Shown one piece after another: positions 27,830 through 36,998 of a stretch of 64,000 bases of DNA. The DNA is from Gammaproteobacteria bacterium (lineage in GTDB: Bacteria > Pseudomonadota > Gammaproteobacteria > S144-34). Position 1 is the stretch's first letter; every line of letters begins with the position of its first letter. Location: positions 282-64,281 of the forward strand of contig JALSJE010000067.1 of NCBI GenBank assembly GCA_026989495.1, given 5' to 3'. Below the pieces are notes generated by a model, which saw only the letters and a list, made by a program, of their open reading frames with translations, was not told the DNA's origin and did no database searches. The translations under genes and the position numbers were made by a program.

Positions 27830-27993
27830 GGAAGGACTGAAAAATCACGATTTTTCAGCCCTTCCCCGCGGCCACGGACGGCCGCGGGACGGCCCATGCA
27901 CAGGGAAGTGCATGACGACACGTGAAAAATCGAAATGGACCGCGAAACACTATCGCGCTGATCGATCCGCGCAGCGGATCGATCAGCGTTTCC
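27830..27993 (+). mobile_element. MITE copy 3 (TSD AATT)
   Basis: GGAAGGACTGA...TCAGCGTTTCC flanked by AATT on both sides. Confidence 0.88.
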
Positions 27994-28019
27994 AATTCCG
28001 TCCACGAAGGCACACGGCC

Positions 28020-28250
28020 ATGCCCACCGCCCGCCTGAGCAGCAAGTCGCAGATCGTGATCCCGGCGGCCATCCGCAGGCGGCTGGGACTGTCCCCGGGC
28101 GATCTCCTGGAGATCAGCCAGGAAGGCGACAGGATCGTCCTGAGGAAGGTCCGGCGATCGGCGCTCGAGTCGCTGGAGCGGGTCGGCGGACCGCTCTGGC
28201 GTGGGTACGCGAACGAGCTGGTGCGTGCCCGGGACGAATGGGACGGCTGA
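28020..28250 (+). CDS. vapB: AbrB/MazE-type antitoxin
   Basis: MPTARLSSKSQIVIPAAIRRRLGLSPGD; true start is after the MITE. Confidence 0.88.
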   Translation: MPTARLSSKSQIVIPAAIRRRLGLSPGDLLEISQEGDRIVLRKVRRSALESLERVGGPLWRGYANELVRARDEWDG

Positions 28251-28699
28251 CCCCTCCGGAGATCCCCGCCGGCTCCCTGGTGGGCATCGACACCGTCGCG
28301 TGGATCCACCTGCTGGAGCGCCACCCCGTGCACCACGGGACGGCGCATGCGTTCTTCGCCCGCCTGGAGGCGGGCGAGGTGCGTGGCGTGATCTCGACGC
28401 TGGTGCTGGCCGAGCTCCTGGTGCCAGCTTACCGGGATGGCGACCCGGAGCGTGCAGCCGAGCTGGTCCGGGTCCTCGAACGGTTTCCCAACCTCCACAT
28501 CGTGGGGCTCGACGGCGCCATCGCCGCCCGTGCCGCCGAGCTCCGGGCCCGCTATGGGCTGCGGACCCCGGACGCGATCCACTGCGCCACCGCCATCCGC
28601 TCCGGATGCGACGTGTTCCTCACGAACGACGCGAAGCTGCGCAGCGTCTCGCCGGAACTGTCCGTCTGCCTGTTCGAGGGAGAGACGCGGCCCGCATGA
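28238..28699 (+). CDS. vapC: VapC PIN-domain toxin
   Basis: GIDTVAWI..STLVLAEL..LRTPDAIHCATA..FLTND. Confidence 0.9.
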   Translation: MGRLTPPEIPAGSLVGIDTVAWIHLLERHPVHHGTAHAFFARLEAGEVRGVISTLVLAELLVPAYRDGDPERAAELVRVLERFPNLHIVGLDGAIAARAAELRARYGLRTPDAIHCATAIRSGCDVFLTNDAKLRSVSPELSVCLFEGETRPA

Positions 28700-28786
28700 G
28701 CGGTGCATCCCCGCAGGCCTCGGTGCGGCGGCGGCCGGCGTCCCCGTGCGGCATCCCCGCCGCTTCCGCCAGGGGCGAGCCCCGGG

Positions 28787-30097
28787 CTACGGCACCCCGC
28801 GGACCGTGACCCGCAGGAAGTGGGTGGCGCAGGAGATGCACGGATCGTAGTTGCGCACCACCCGCTCGGCCGCGGCGCGCAGGGTGTCCGGGTCGCGGTC
28901 GAGGCCCAGCGCCTCCAGGCTCGCGCGCAGGTCCTGCTCGATGTGGGCCTGGTTCTGGCTCGTGGGCGGCACGATGCGCGCGGCGCGCACCGTGCCGTCG
29001 CCGGCGACCTCGTAGCGGTGCCAGAGCACCCCGCGCGGGGCTTCCGTCGCCCACACGGCCACACCTGCGCGCGGCGCGGGCTCGGCGAAGGGCCGCTCCG
29101 GCACCTCGTATCCGTCCAGCAGGTCGGCGGCTTCGGCCACCGCATGCAGCACCTCCACCGCCCGCACCACGATGGCGTCGTGCAGGCTGCGCACCGGCAG
29201 CGCAAGCCCCGTGCGCGCCAGGGCCGCGCGCGCCACGGGATGGAGCCGCTCGTGGTTCAGGTTGAGCCGCGCCACCGGCCCCGTGAGGTAGGGCGCGCCG
29301 TCCAGCAGGGCATGCAGCGCGGTCGAGTGCGGCACCTGCCGCTCGGCGACGTGACGCTCAAAGCCGTCGAAGGCGAAGGCGTGGCCCTCGGTGCTGGCGA
29401 GCCCGCCGTCGTTCATGGGGTATTCCTCCGGATGCCGCAGCGCGAGACAGCGCAGCGGCGGCGCGTCCGCGGGCGCGGCCGGGCGGTCGAGCGAGGCGGT
29501 CCAGGCCACCAGGGCCTCGGCCTCGGGCACGGCGTCGGCCAGGCGCGCGCGCAGGGCGGCGACCGCATCCGCCCCGGGGGCGGCGTGGAAGCCGCCCACG
29601 CGCACGCCCACGGGGTGCACCGAGCGCCCGCCGAAGAGCGCGATCAGGTCGTTGCCGAGCGCCTGCAACGCCAACCCCCGGCGCACGGCCTCGGGCGCCC
29701 GCCGCGAGAGCTCGACCACGCTGTCGCAGCCCAGGAAGTCCGGCGCCGCCAGCAGGTGGATGTGCAGGCTGTGGCTCTGGATCCACTCGCCGCAGTAGAG
29801 CACGCGCCGCATGCGCCGCACCCACGGCCCCGGATCGCAGCCGAACAAGGCCTCGAAGGCATGCACGGCGCTCATCTGGTAGGCCACGGGGCAGATGCCG
29901 CAGATGCGCGCCACGAGGTCCGGCACCTCCTCGAAGGTACGCCCTTCCAGCAGCCGCTCGAACAGGCGCGGGGGCTCGTAGATGCGCAGCCGCAGCGCAC
30001 GGATGCGGCCCGCGGCCACCCCGATCTCCAGCGCACCCTCCCCCTCCACGCGGGTGAGCGCCGGCACCTCGATATGCAGCTCGCGCTCATCGGCCAT
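28787..30097 (-). CDS. group 3b [NiFe]-hydrogenase large (alpha) subunit
   Basis: RVEGEG, RICGIC (L1), EAPRG, DPCISCATH (L2) plus a cleavable C-terminal tail. Confidence 0.93.
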   Translation of the reverse strand: MADERELHIEVPALTRVEGEGALEIGVAAGRIRALRLRIYEPPRLFERLLEGRTFEEVPDLVARICGICPVAYQMSAVHAFEALFGCDPGPWVRRMRRVLYCGEWIQSHSLHIHLLAAPDFLGCDSVVELSRRAPEAVRRGLALQALGNDLIALFGGRSVHPVGVRVGGFHAAPGADAVAALRARLADAVPEAEALVAWTASLDRPAAPADAPPLRCLALRHPEEYPMNDGGLASTEGHAFAFDGFERHVAERQVPHSTALHALLDGAPYLTGPVARLNLNHERLHPVARAALARTGLALPVRSLHDAIVVRAVEVLHAVAEAADLLDGYEVPERPFAEPAPRAGVAVWATEAPRGVLWHRYEVAGDGTVRAARIVPPTSQNQAHIEQDLRASLEALGLDRDPDTLRAAAERVVRNYDPCISCATHFLRVTVRGVP

Positions 30098-30917
30098 CGC
30101 CGTCCTCCTCCCCGACCTGGCGCAGCGCCGCCTGCTGGAAGGCCGGCACGCCGGCGTGGATCGCGAGCAGCCGTCGGCGCACGGCCGCGGCGTCCAGCCC
30201 CAGCGCGCGCAGGCGCGCCGCCAGCGCGCCCGCCTCCGGCAGCTCCGAGGGGCCGAAGCAGCCGTAGCAGCCCCGGCCCAGACCCGGACACAGCGCCCCG
30301 CAGCCCGCCGCCGTCACGGGGCCCAGGCAGGGCTCGCCGCGCGACACCATCACGCAGGCGAGGCCTGCGCGCTTGCACTCGAGGCACAGCTTCTCGTGCC
30401 GGGGCGCCGGCAGGGCGCCGCGCAGGAGCGAGGCCACGGTCTCCGTCACGGCCCGGGTCGTGACGGGGCAGCCCGCGAGCTCCAGGTCCACGGCCACGTG
30501 CGCCCGCACGGGCGCGGACTCCGGCAGCACGTGCACCCGGTCCGGCTCCGGGTAGGTGCGCGCCACCCAGCCGCCGGCGTCGGCCAGGTTGCGCAGGGCC
30601 TGCACCCCGCCCGTGGTGGCGCAGGCGCCGATCGCCACCAGCACGCGCGCGCGCTCGCGCACGGCGCGGATGCGCTCGGCCTCCTCGGAGGTGCCGATGC
30701 TACCCTCGACGAAGGCCACGTCCACACGCGCGTCCGGATCGTCGAGCCCGGCCTCGAGGAAGTGGACGAGCTCCACCGCCTCGGCGAGCGCCAGCAACGC
30801 CGGCCCCGCGTTGAGGAAGGCGAGCTGGCAGCCGTCGCAGGAGCCGAACTTGTGCACCGCCACGCGCAGCCGCGCCGCGCCGTCGGAGAAACCAGCCCCC
30901 GGCTCCCGACGGTCCAT
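30087..30917 (-). CDS. group 3b hydrogenase small (delta) subunit
   Basis: KFGSCDGCQL, AIGACATTGG, GCP, CLGPVT..GCGALCP..GCYGC. Confidence 0.92.
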   Translation of the reverse strand: MDRREPGAGFSDGAARLRVAVHKFGSCDGCQLAFLNAGPALLALAEAVELVHFLEAGLDDPDARVDVAFVEGSIGTSEEAERIRAVRERARVLVAIGACATTGGVQALRNLADAGGWVARTYPEPDRVHVLPESAPVRAHVAVDLELAGCPVTTRAVTETVASLLRGALPAPRHEKLCLECKRAGLACVMVSRGEPCLGPVTAAGCGALCPGLGRGCYGCFGPSELPEAGALAARLRALGLDAAAVRRRLLAIHAGVPAFQQAALRQVGEEDGDGR

Positions 30918-30918
30918 C

Positions 30919-31770
30919 TCAGAACCCCCTCACGCCCAGCAGCGGGCGGATCCGGTCGTAGCGGAACACGGGCCCGTCGCGGCACACGAACCAGGGCCCG
31001 ATCTGGCAGTGCCCGCAGCGGCCCAGGGCGCACTGCATGTTGCGCTCCATGCTGAGGTGGATGGCCGCCGCGGGCACGCCCAGCGCCTCCAGCCGGCGCG
31101 CGGCCGCGATCATCATGGGCTCGGGCCCGCACATGAGCACGGTGCAGCGGCCGCGGTCGAAGCGGGCCCCCTCCAGCAGCTCCGTCACCGGACCCACGTT
31201 CCACGGCCAGTCGCCGCCGGCCACGTCCGCGGCGAGCAGCACCTGCACGTCGGGCTCGCGCGCCCAGGCCTCGTACTGCGCGCGCCAGATGAGGTCCTCG
31301 GCGTGCTTGACGCCCTGCATCACCACCAGCCGCCCGTAGTCCCGGCGGCGGTGCAGCACGTAGCGGACCGCCCCCACCACCGGGGCGCAGCCGAGGCCGC
31401 CTGCGAGCACCACCACGTCGCCGCCCCGGGCCGCCTCCAGCGGCCAGCCACGCCCGAAGGGCCCGCGCACGCCGAGACGCGCGCCCACGGGCAGCCGCGC
31501 GAGCGCCCGCGTGACGCGCCCCACCATGCGCACCGTGTGGCCGAGGAAGGTGTCGTGGTCCGGGTCGGAGGAGATGGAGATCGGCACCTCCCCCACCCCG
31601 GGCAGGTGGAGCATGTTGAACTGGCCCGGCGCGAAGCGGAAGGCCGCCTGCCGCGCCGGGTCCTCCAGCTCGAGGCGCAGGGTGACGATGGTGGGCGACT
31701 CCTGCACCCGCCCGGCCACGCGCGCGGGCACGGGAAGGTCGATGCCGGGCACGGGCTCAGGCGTCGCCAA
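30919..31770 (-). CDS. group 3b hydrogenase gamma subunit (FAD/NAD(P)-binding, 2Fe-2S)
   Basis: TTG start after GGAGG; PGQFNML..GEVPISIS, RGPFGRGWP, MERNMQCALGRCGHC. Confidence 0.9.
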   Translation of the reverse strand: MATPEPVPGIDLPVPARVAGRVQESPTIVTLRLELEDPARQAAFRFAPGQFNMLHLPGVGEVPISISSDPDHDTFLGHTVRMVGRVTRALARLPVGARLGVRGPFGRGWPLEAARGGDVVVLAGGLGCAPVVGAVRYVLHRRRDYGRLVVMQGVKHAEDLIWRAQYEAWAREPDVQVLLAADVAGGDWPWNVGPVTELLEGARFDRGRCTVLMCGPEPMMIAAARRLEALGVPAAAIHLSMERNMQCALGRCGHCQIGPWFVCRDGPVFRYDRIRPLLGVRGF

Positions 31771-32845
31771 CGATCGCCTCCATCTCCTCGACGAGGTCGA
31801 TGGCCGCCGGGCACCAGGCGATGCAGCGCCCGCAGCCCACGCATCCGGAGCGGCCGTATTGCGCATGCCAGGCGCCGAGCTTGTGGGTGAGCCACTGGCG
31901 GTAGCGGCTGCGGGCGTCCGGCCGCAGCACGATGCCGTGGATATAGCTGTGGCCCTCGGTGAAACAGGAGCTCCAGCGGCGCACGCGCGCGCTGGAGCCG
32001 TCGAGCCCCGGCCGCTCCTCGGCGGCATGGCAGAAGCAGGTGGGGCAGACGGCGGTGCAGCTCCCGCAGGCGAGGCAGCGCTCACCCACCTGCGCCCAGC
32101 GCGGATGGTCCAGCCGCTCGAAGAGCCGCGCCTGCAGCGGGCCTTCCGGCAGCCGGCGGGTCTGGGCCGCTGCGGCCGCCGCCACCTCGGTGCGGGCCCG
32201 CTCGGCGGCGCCGGCCGGCGGGGCCTCCAGCGGCAGCGCCGCAAGGAGCCGCTCGCCCGCCGCGCCCGCCGCCTCCACCAGCCAGCCCTCCTCCAGCTCC
32301 CACAGGGCGAGGTCGTGGCCCTCGCGCGCCTCGGGCCCGTCCCCCGTGGAGGCGCAGAAGCAGGTCGCCGCCGGGTGGGTGCAGTGCACCGCCACCAGGA
32401 GCAGCCCCGACCGCCGCGCCGCGTACCAGGGATCCTCGCGACCCGGGCGCAGGAAGTGCGCATCCAGGAGGGCGAGGGCGGCGAGGTCGCAGGCGCGCAC
32501 GCCGATCACGGCCGTGGGCGGAGGCGCCTCGGGCGCCTGCGGCGCGGGCCGGCCGTCCGCGTCCGTGCGCCACAGGGTCTCCTCGGGGGCGAACAGGAGC
32601 GGCTTGAGCGCCTGGGGGCCGTTGGCCCAGGCGAAGGCGCGCCCTTCGCCCGTGCGCCGCAGGCGCCAGCGGCCCGCATCCGCCTCCACGCGCACACCCC
32701 AGGGGAGCGCGGCGGCCTCCCCGAGCGGGCCGTAGCGGATGATCCCGTCGGCGACCTGGGGGCCCACCACGCGGTAGCCGGCCTCGCGGAGCGTCGCGAG
32801 CAAGGCGTCGGCCCGCTGCAGGGGCAGCCATCCGGGCTCAGGCAC
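31757..32845 (-). CDS. group 3b hydrogenase beta subunit (4Fe-4S)
   Basis: GVRACD, CLACGSCTAVCPTCFC, CVGCGRCIAWCP. Confidence 0.92.
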   Translation of the reverse strand: MPEPGWLPLQRADALLATLREAGYRVVGPQVADGIIRYGPLGEAAALPWGVRVEADAGRWRLRRTGEGRAFAWANGPQALKPLLFAPEETLWRTDADGRPAPQAPEAPPPTAVIGVRACDLAALALLDAHFLRPGREDPWYAARRSGLLLVAVHCTHPAATCFCASTGDGPEAREGHDLALWELEEGWLVEAAGAAGERLLAALPLEAPPAGAAERARTEVAAAAAAQTRRLPEGPLQARLFERLDHPRWAQVGERCLACGSCTAVCPTCFCHAAEERPGLDGSSARVRRWSSCFTEGHSYIHGIVLRPDARSRYRQWLTHKLGAWHAQYGRSGCVGCGRCIAWCPAAIDLVEEMEAIVGDA

Positions 32846-33362
32846 GGCCAGGGCCTCCTCCGCTCCGCCCCAGGCGGGCGAGCAGCTCGAGCACGCGGGC
32901 GGCGGCCCGGGCGGCCACCGCGTCCAGCCCGTCCGAGGCCGGCATGCCGGGCTCGCACCAGGCCGCGTCCACGCCGACGCCTAGCACATGCGCCGCGCGC
33001 AGGCGGCCCGCGGCCCGCGCCGTCTCCAGCACCTCGGCGAGCCCCACCCCGTGGCTCGACAGCGCCGCCGGTCCGCGCCGGAGCCGCTCGGGCGGAAGCT
33101 CCACGACCGCCCCCGCGGGAATGCCCTCGGCGGCGTCCACGACGACGGCCAGGACCGCGTCGGCGAGCCCCGGCAGGAGCGTGCCCGGCGCCCCGGCCCG
33201 CACGACGGGCACATCCGGGCGGCGGTCCGCGACGACCTCCACCACCCGCCACCCCACGACGTCGTCGCCGTGCGGGCTGCCCAGCCCCGCCACCAGCACG
33301 CCGGGGCGCCTGTCCGCCGCCGGCGCCGTGGGCGTGCCTCCGTTCCTCCCGTCTCCTGTCAC
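32838..33362 (-). CDS. hydrogenase maturation protease
   Basis: VAGLGSPHGDDVVG, VVVDAA, LSSHGVGL. Confidence 0.88.
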   Translation of the reverse strand: MTGDGRNGGTPTAPAADRRPGVLVAGLGSPHGDDVVGWRVVEVVADRRPDVPVVRAGAPGTLLPGLADAVLAVVVDAAEGIPAGAVVELPPERLRRGPAALSSHGVGLAEVLETARAAGRLRAAHVLGVGVDAAWCEPGMPASDGLDAVAARAAARVLELLARLGRSGGGPGRA

Positions 33363-33381
33363 ACGAGGCCCCTTCTCCCGC

Positions 33382-34392
33382 TCAGCAGATCCTCGGCAGG
33401 GGGTCGTCCTCGAGCTCCTCGAGGGCGCGCTCGCCCCCGAGGGCGGTCTCCAGCGCCACCGGCACGGCCTGCCCCGCCACCACCGTGCCGATGCAGGCCG
33501 CCTCGGCGCCCTCGGGCAGCGCTTGCCAGGCGGCGAGCGCCGCCTCGGCCGCCTCCGGCGCCGCCACCGCCACTACGCGCCCCTCGCAGGCCAGGTACAG
33601 GGGATCGTAGCCCAGCATCTCGCACACGGCGCGCACCGGCTCGCGCACGGGGATGGCGGCCTCCTCGAGCCGCACGCCGAGGCCGGTCGCGCGCGCGATC
33701 TCGTGGCAGACGGTGGCCAGCCCCCCGCGCGTGGGATCGCGCAGGAAACGGACACCGGGCAGCGCGCGCACCGCACGCGCAAGCGGCAGCACGCTCGCGC
33801 AGTCCGAGGCCAGGTCGCCGCGCAGGCCGAACTGCTCGCGCGCCAGCATCACCGCCACGCCGTGGTCGCCCACCGGCCCGCTCACCAGCACCCGGTCGCC
33901 GGGGCGGACAAGCGCGAGATCCAGGACGATCCCCGACGGACGCAGACCGAGTCCGGTCACCGTGAAGTAGAGGCCGCCCCCCTCGCCGCGGCGCACGACC
34001 TTGGTGTCGCCGGCGGCCACGCGCACGCCCGCCGCGCGCGCCGCCCGCGCGAAGGCGGCCACGTGCCGGCGCAGATCCTCGATCGCGAAGCCCTCCTCCA
34101 CCAGCACGCCCAGGGTCAGGTAGCGCGGATCGGCGCCGGCGACGGCGAGGTCGTTCACGGTGCCGTGGACGGCGAGGGCGCCGATGTCGCCGCCGGGGAA
34201 GCTCAGGGGCTGGACCGTGAAGCCGTCGGTGGTCACCACGAGCCCGCCCTCGCCCGGCCACGGAACCGCGGCCGCGTCCGCCCGGCTGTCCACCAGGAGC
34301 GCCCCCAGCTCCGCGGCGAAGACGGTCTCGATCAGCTCGCGCATGAGGCGGCCGCCGTTGCCGTGGGCGAGCCCGATGCGCGCCGCGTCCAC
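33382..34392 (-). CDS. hypE: hydrogenase maturation protein HypE
   Basis: LAHGNGG, GTVNDLA, RDPTRGG, C-terminal LPRIC. Confidence 0.95.
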   Translation of the reverse strand: MDAARIGLAHGNGGRLMRELIETVFAAELGALLVDSRADAAAVPWPGEGGLVVTTDGFTVQPLSFPGGDIGALAVHGTVNDLAVAGADPRYLTLGVLVEEGFAIEDLRRHVAAFARAARAAGVRVAAGDTKVVRRGEGGGLYFTVTGLGLRPSGIVLDLALVRPGDRVLVSGPVGDHGVAVMLAREQFGLRGDLASDCASVLPLARAVRALPGVRFLRDPTRGGLATVCHEIARATGLGVRLEEAAIPVREPVRAVCEMLGYDPLYLACEGRVVAVAAPEAAEAALAAWQALPEGAEAACIGTVVAGQAVPVALETALGGERALEELEDDPLPRIC

Positions 34393-34396
34393 CGCC

Positions 34397-36745
34397 TCAC
34401 CCTCCCGCCGTCCGCGCGGCGTGCTCGACGGCCTGCCCGAAGGCGAGGCCGCCATCGTTGGCGGGCACGGCGCGCGGCAGCCGCAGCGCAAGCCCCCGCT
34501 CCGCCAGCAGCGCCGCGCAGCGCTCCACCAGCAGGCGGTTCTGGAACACGCCGCCCGCGAGCCCCACCACGAGCGGACCCGCCTCGCGCGCGACGCGCGC
34601 CGCCAGCGCCGCCACCGCCTGCGCCAGGGCCTCGTGGAAGGCGGCGGCGCGCTCGCCGGGCGGCCGCGAGACGTCGGCGAGGAATGGCAGCAGCGGCGCC
34701 CAGTCCAGCCTGGGCAGGCCCGTCGCGTCCGGGCGCCATGCGAGCGCCGGCGGCGCAGGATACGCGCCCGCCGCGGCGGCCGCGGCCTCCAGGCGCATGG
34801 GTCCCTCGCCCTCGTGGCTCGCCGTCACGCACAGGCCCGTGAGGGCGGCTGCGGCGTCGAACAGCCGCCCGACCGCGCTCGTCACGGGCGCCTGCACACC
34901 CCGCGCCCAGGCCGCGCGCAGGAGCCCGACGTCCGCCGGTGCCCCGGCGACCGCGGCCTCGAGCCCCGCCTCCCACAGCGCGCCCAGGGCGCTGCGCCAG
35001 GGCTCGCGCGCGGCGCGCTCGCCGCCCGGCAGCCGGAAGGGCCGCAGGCTCGCCACCCGGCGCCAGCCGCCCGGGGCGCCCAGCAGGACCTCCCCGCCCC
35101 ACAGGGTGCCGTCGTCCCCGTAGCCGACGCCGTCCCAGGCGAAGACGAGCCAGCGGCCCGCCTCCGGGTGCTCGCCGGCGAGCGCGGAGGCGTGGGCGCG
35201 GTGGTGCTGGACCGCGGCCGCGGGCAGCCCCTGCTCCCGCGCCCAGCGCGTGGTGAAGTAGCCCGGGTGCAGGTCGTGGACGATGCGCCGCGCCCTCACG
35301 CCGTAGAGACGCTGCAGGTCGGCCGCCACCTGCTCGAAGACGGCCCGGGCCCGTGGCACCTCCAGGTCGCCGATGTGGGGCGAGACCACGATGCGATCCT
35401 CCCAGGCGAGCGCCACCGTCGCCTTCATGTGCCCGCCCGTGGCCAGCACCGGCTCGCGCAGCCGCCCCGGCAGCGCGCGCTCCAGCGGCGCGGTGCCCCG
35501 CCCCAGCCGCAGCGCCCGCGCGGCGCCGGCCATGGGGCGCAGCACCGGGTCGTCGGCGGGCCTCGCGATGGGCCGGTCGTGGTGGAGGAAGCCGTCGGCC
35601 ACTGCGCCCAGCCGGGCCTCGGCCTCGGCCGGATCCGTGATCACGGGCTCGCCGCTCACGTTGCCCGAGGTCGCCACCAGCGGGGCGCCGAAGCCGCGCG
35701 CCAGCAGGTGGTGCAGCGGGCTGTAGGGCAGAAGCGCGCCCACCTCGCCCAGGCCCGGCGCTATCCCTGAGGCGAGCCCCGCGTCCGGCCGCAGCGGCAC
35801 GAGCACGATGGGGCGGGCGGGGTCCATGAGCGCGGCCTCAGCCACGGCATCGAGACGCGCGGCGCGCCGGACGGCCGCGAGATCCGGAAACAGCACCGCG
35901 AGCGGCTTGGCCGGCCTGCGCTTGCGGGCCCGCAGGCGCGCCACCGCGGCGGGGCTCCGGGCGTCGCACAGGAGGTGATAGCCGCCGATGCCGCGCACGG
36001 CCACGATGCCGCCCGCCCGCAGGCACGCGAGCGCGGCCCGGAGGGCCTCCTCCGAGCCGGCCCGTCCGCCGCCGGGCTCCAACGCATCGGCTCCGGCCGA
36101 CGCCTCGTCTCTACCGACCTCGACGGACGCACCGCCCGCCGCCTCCCCCTCCGAGCCGCGCCAGGCCAGCCGCGGGCCGCAGGTGGGGCAGGCCACGGGC
36201 TCGGCGTGGAAGCGCCGGTCGGCGGGATCGGCGTACTCGCGCGCGCACGCCGGGCACAGGGCGAAGCGCGCCATGGTGGTGTTGGGCCGGTCGTAGGGCA
36301 GGCGCTCGATGATCGTGTAGCGCGGCCCGCACTGGGTGCAGTTGATGAAGGGGTAGCGGTGACGGCGGTCGCGCGGGTCGGCGAGCTCGCGCAGACAGTC
36401 CTCGCACACGAAGTGGTCCGGCGGCACGTGGACGCGCGCCTCGCCATCCGCATCCGAGGCGAGGATGCGGAAACCACCCTCCCCCGTCGGCGGCTCGTCC
36501 ACGGCCTCGGCCACGCGCGGGCGCGCGAGCGGCGGGGCCTCCCGGACCAGCGCCTCGGCGAAGCGCGCCAGCGCCCCGGGCTCGCCCTCGGCCCGCACCA
36601 CCACGCGCCCGAGGCGGTTCTGCACCCAGCCCGCCAGCCCGTGGCGCAGGGCGAGGCGGTGCACGAAGGGGCGGAAGCCCACGCCCTGCACCCGCCCCTC
36701 CAGCACCCAGCGCCGCGCCGCCACCTCGTCGCGGCCATCCAGCAT
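34397..36745 (-). CDS. hypF: carbamoyltransferase HypF
   Basis: GRVQGVGFRPFV, zinc fingers, HDLHPGY, QHHRAH, NDGGLAFGQ. Confidence 0.95.
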   Translation of the reverse strand: MLDGRDEVAARRWVLEGRVQGVGFRPFVHRLALRHGLAGWVQNRLGRVVVRAEGEPGALARFAEALVREAPPLARPRVAEAVDEPPTGEGGFRILASDADGEARVHVPPDHFVCEDCLRELADPRDRRHRYPFINCTQCGPRYTIIERLPYDRPNTTMARFALCPACAREYADPADRRFHAEPVACPTCGPRLAWRGSEGEAAGGASVEVGRDEASAGADALEPGGGRAGSEEALRAALACLRAGGIVAVRGIGGYHLLCDARSPAAVARLRARKRRPAKPLAVLFPDLAAVRRAARLDAVAEAALMDPARPIVLVPLRPDAGLASGIAPGLGEVGALLPYSPLHHLLARGFGAPLVATSGNVSGEPVITDPAEAEARLGAVADGFLHHDRPIARPADDPVLRPMAGAARALRLGRGTAPLERALPGRLREPVLATGGHMKATVALAWEDRIVVSPHIGDLEVPRARAVFEQVAADLQRLYGVRARRIVHDLHPGYFTTRWAREQGLPAAAVQHHRAHASALAGEHPEAGRWLVFAWDGVGYGDDGTLWGGEVLLGAPGGWRRVASLRPFRLPGGERAAREPWRSALGALWEAGLEAAVAGAPADVGLLRAAWARGVQAPVTSAVGRLFDAAAALTGLCVTASHEGEGPMRLEAAAAAAGAYPAPPALAWRPDATGLPRLDWAPLLPFLADVSRPPGERAAAFHEALAQAVAALAARVAREAGPLVVGLAGGVFQNRLLVERCAALLAERGLALRLPRAVPANDGGLAFGQAVEHAARTAGG

Positions 36746-36796
36746 CTTCGGTGGCCGGGTTTCGTGCGGCAGACACGCGCTCTGGAACTCGGTGGC

Positions 36797-36847
36797 CGTG
36801 CGGCGCTCCCCGCACCTGCGCGCTCCGCGCGCCCGTGTCCGCGCCGC
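36797..36847. repeat. 51-bp hairpin repeat, copy 2
   Basis: cgtgcggcgctccccgc-acctGCGCGCtccGCGCGCc-cgtgtccgcgccgc. Confidence 0.8.
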
Positions 36848-36922
36848 CCGCCCTGCCGGGGTCCCAGCCTGCACCTCGGGGTTCGGGCAACGCGGCAAGG
36901 CTCAGCCTCCCCGCCTGCGGGC

Positions 36923-36973
36923 GCTGCGCCGCTCCCCGCGCCTGCGCGCTCCGCGCGCCCGTGTCCGCGCCGC
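36923..36973. repeat. 51-bp hairpin repeat, copy 3
   Basis: Direct repeat of 36797-36847, offset by 126 bp. Confidence 0.8.
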
Positions 36974-36998
36974 CCGGTCCGCGCACATCCGTCGCAGC

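Noticed and set aside
19728-27993. 164-bp repeats as a CRISPR array or integron attC cassette array
   Set aside because: Too long and dispersed, no spacers, no cas or intI gene; TIRs plus individual TSDs indicate a MITE.
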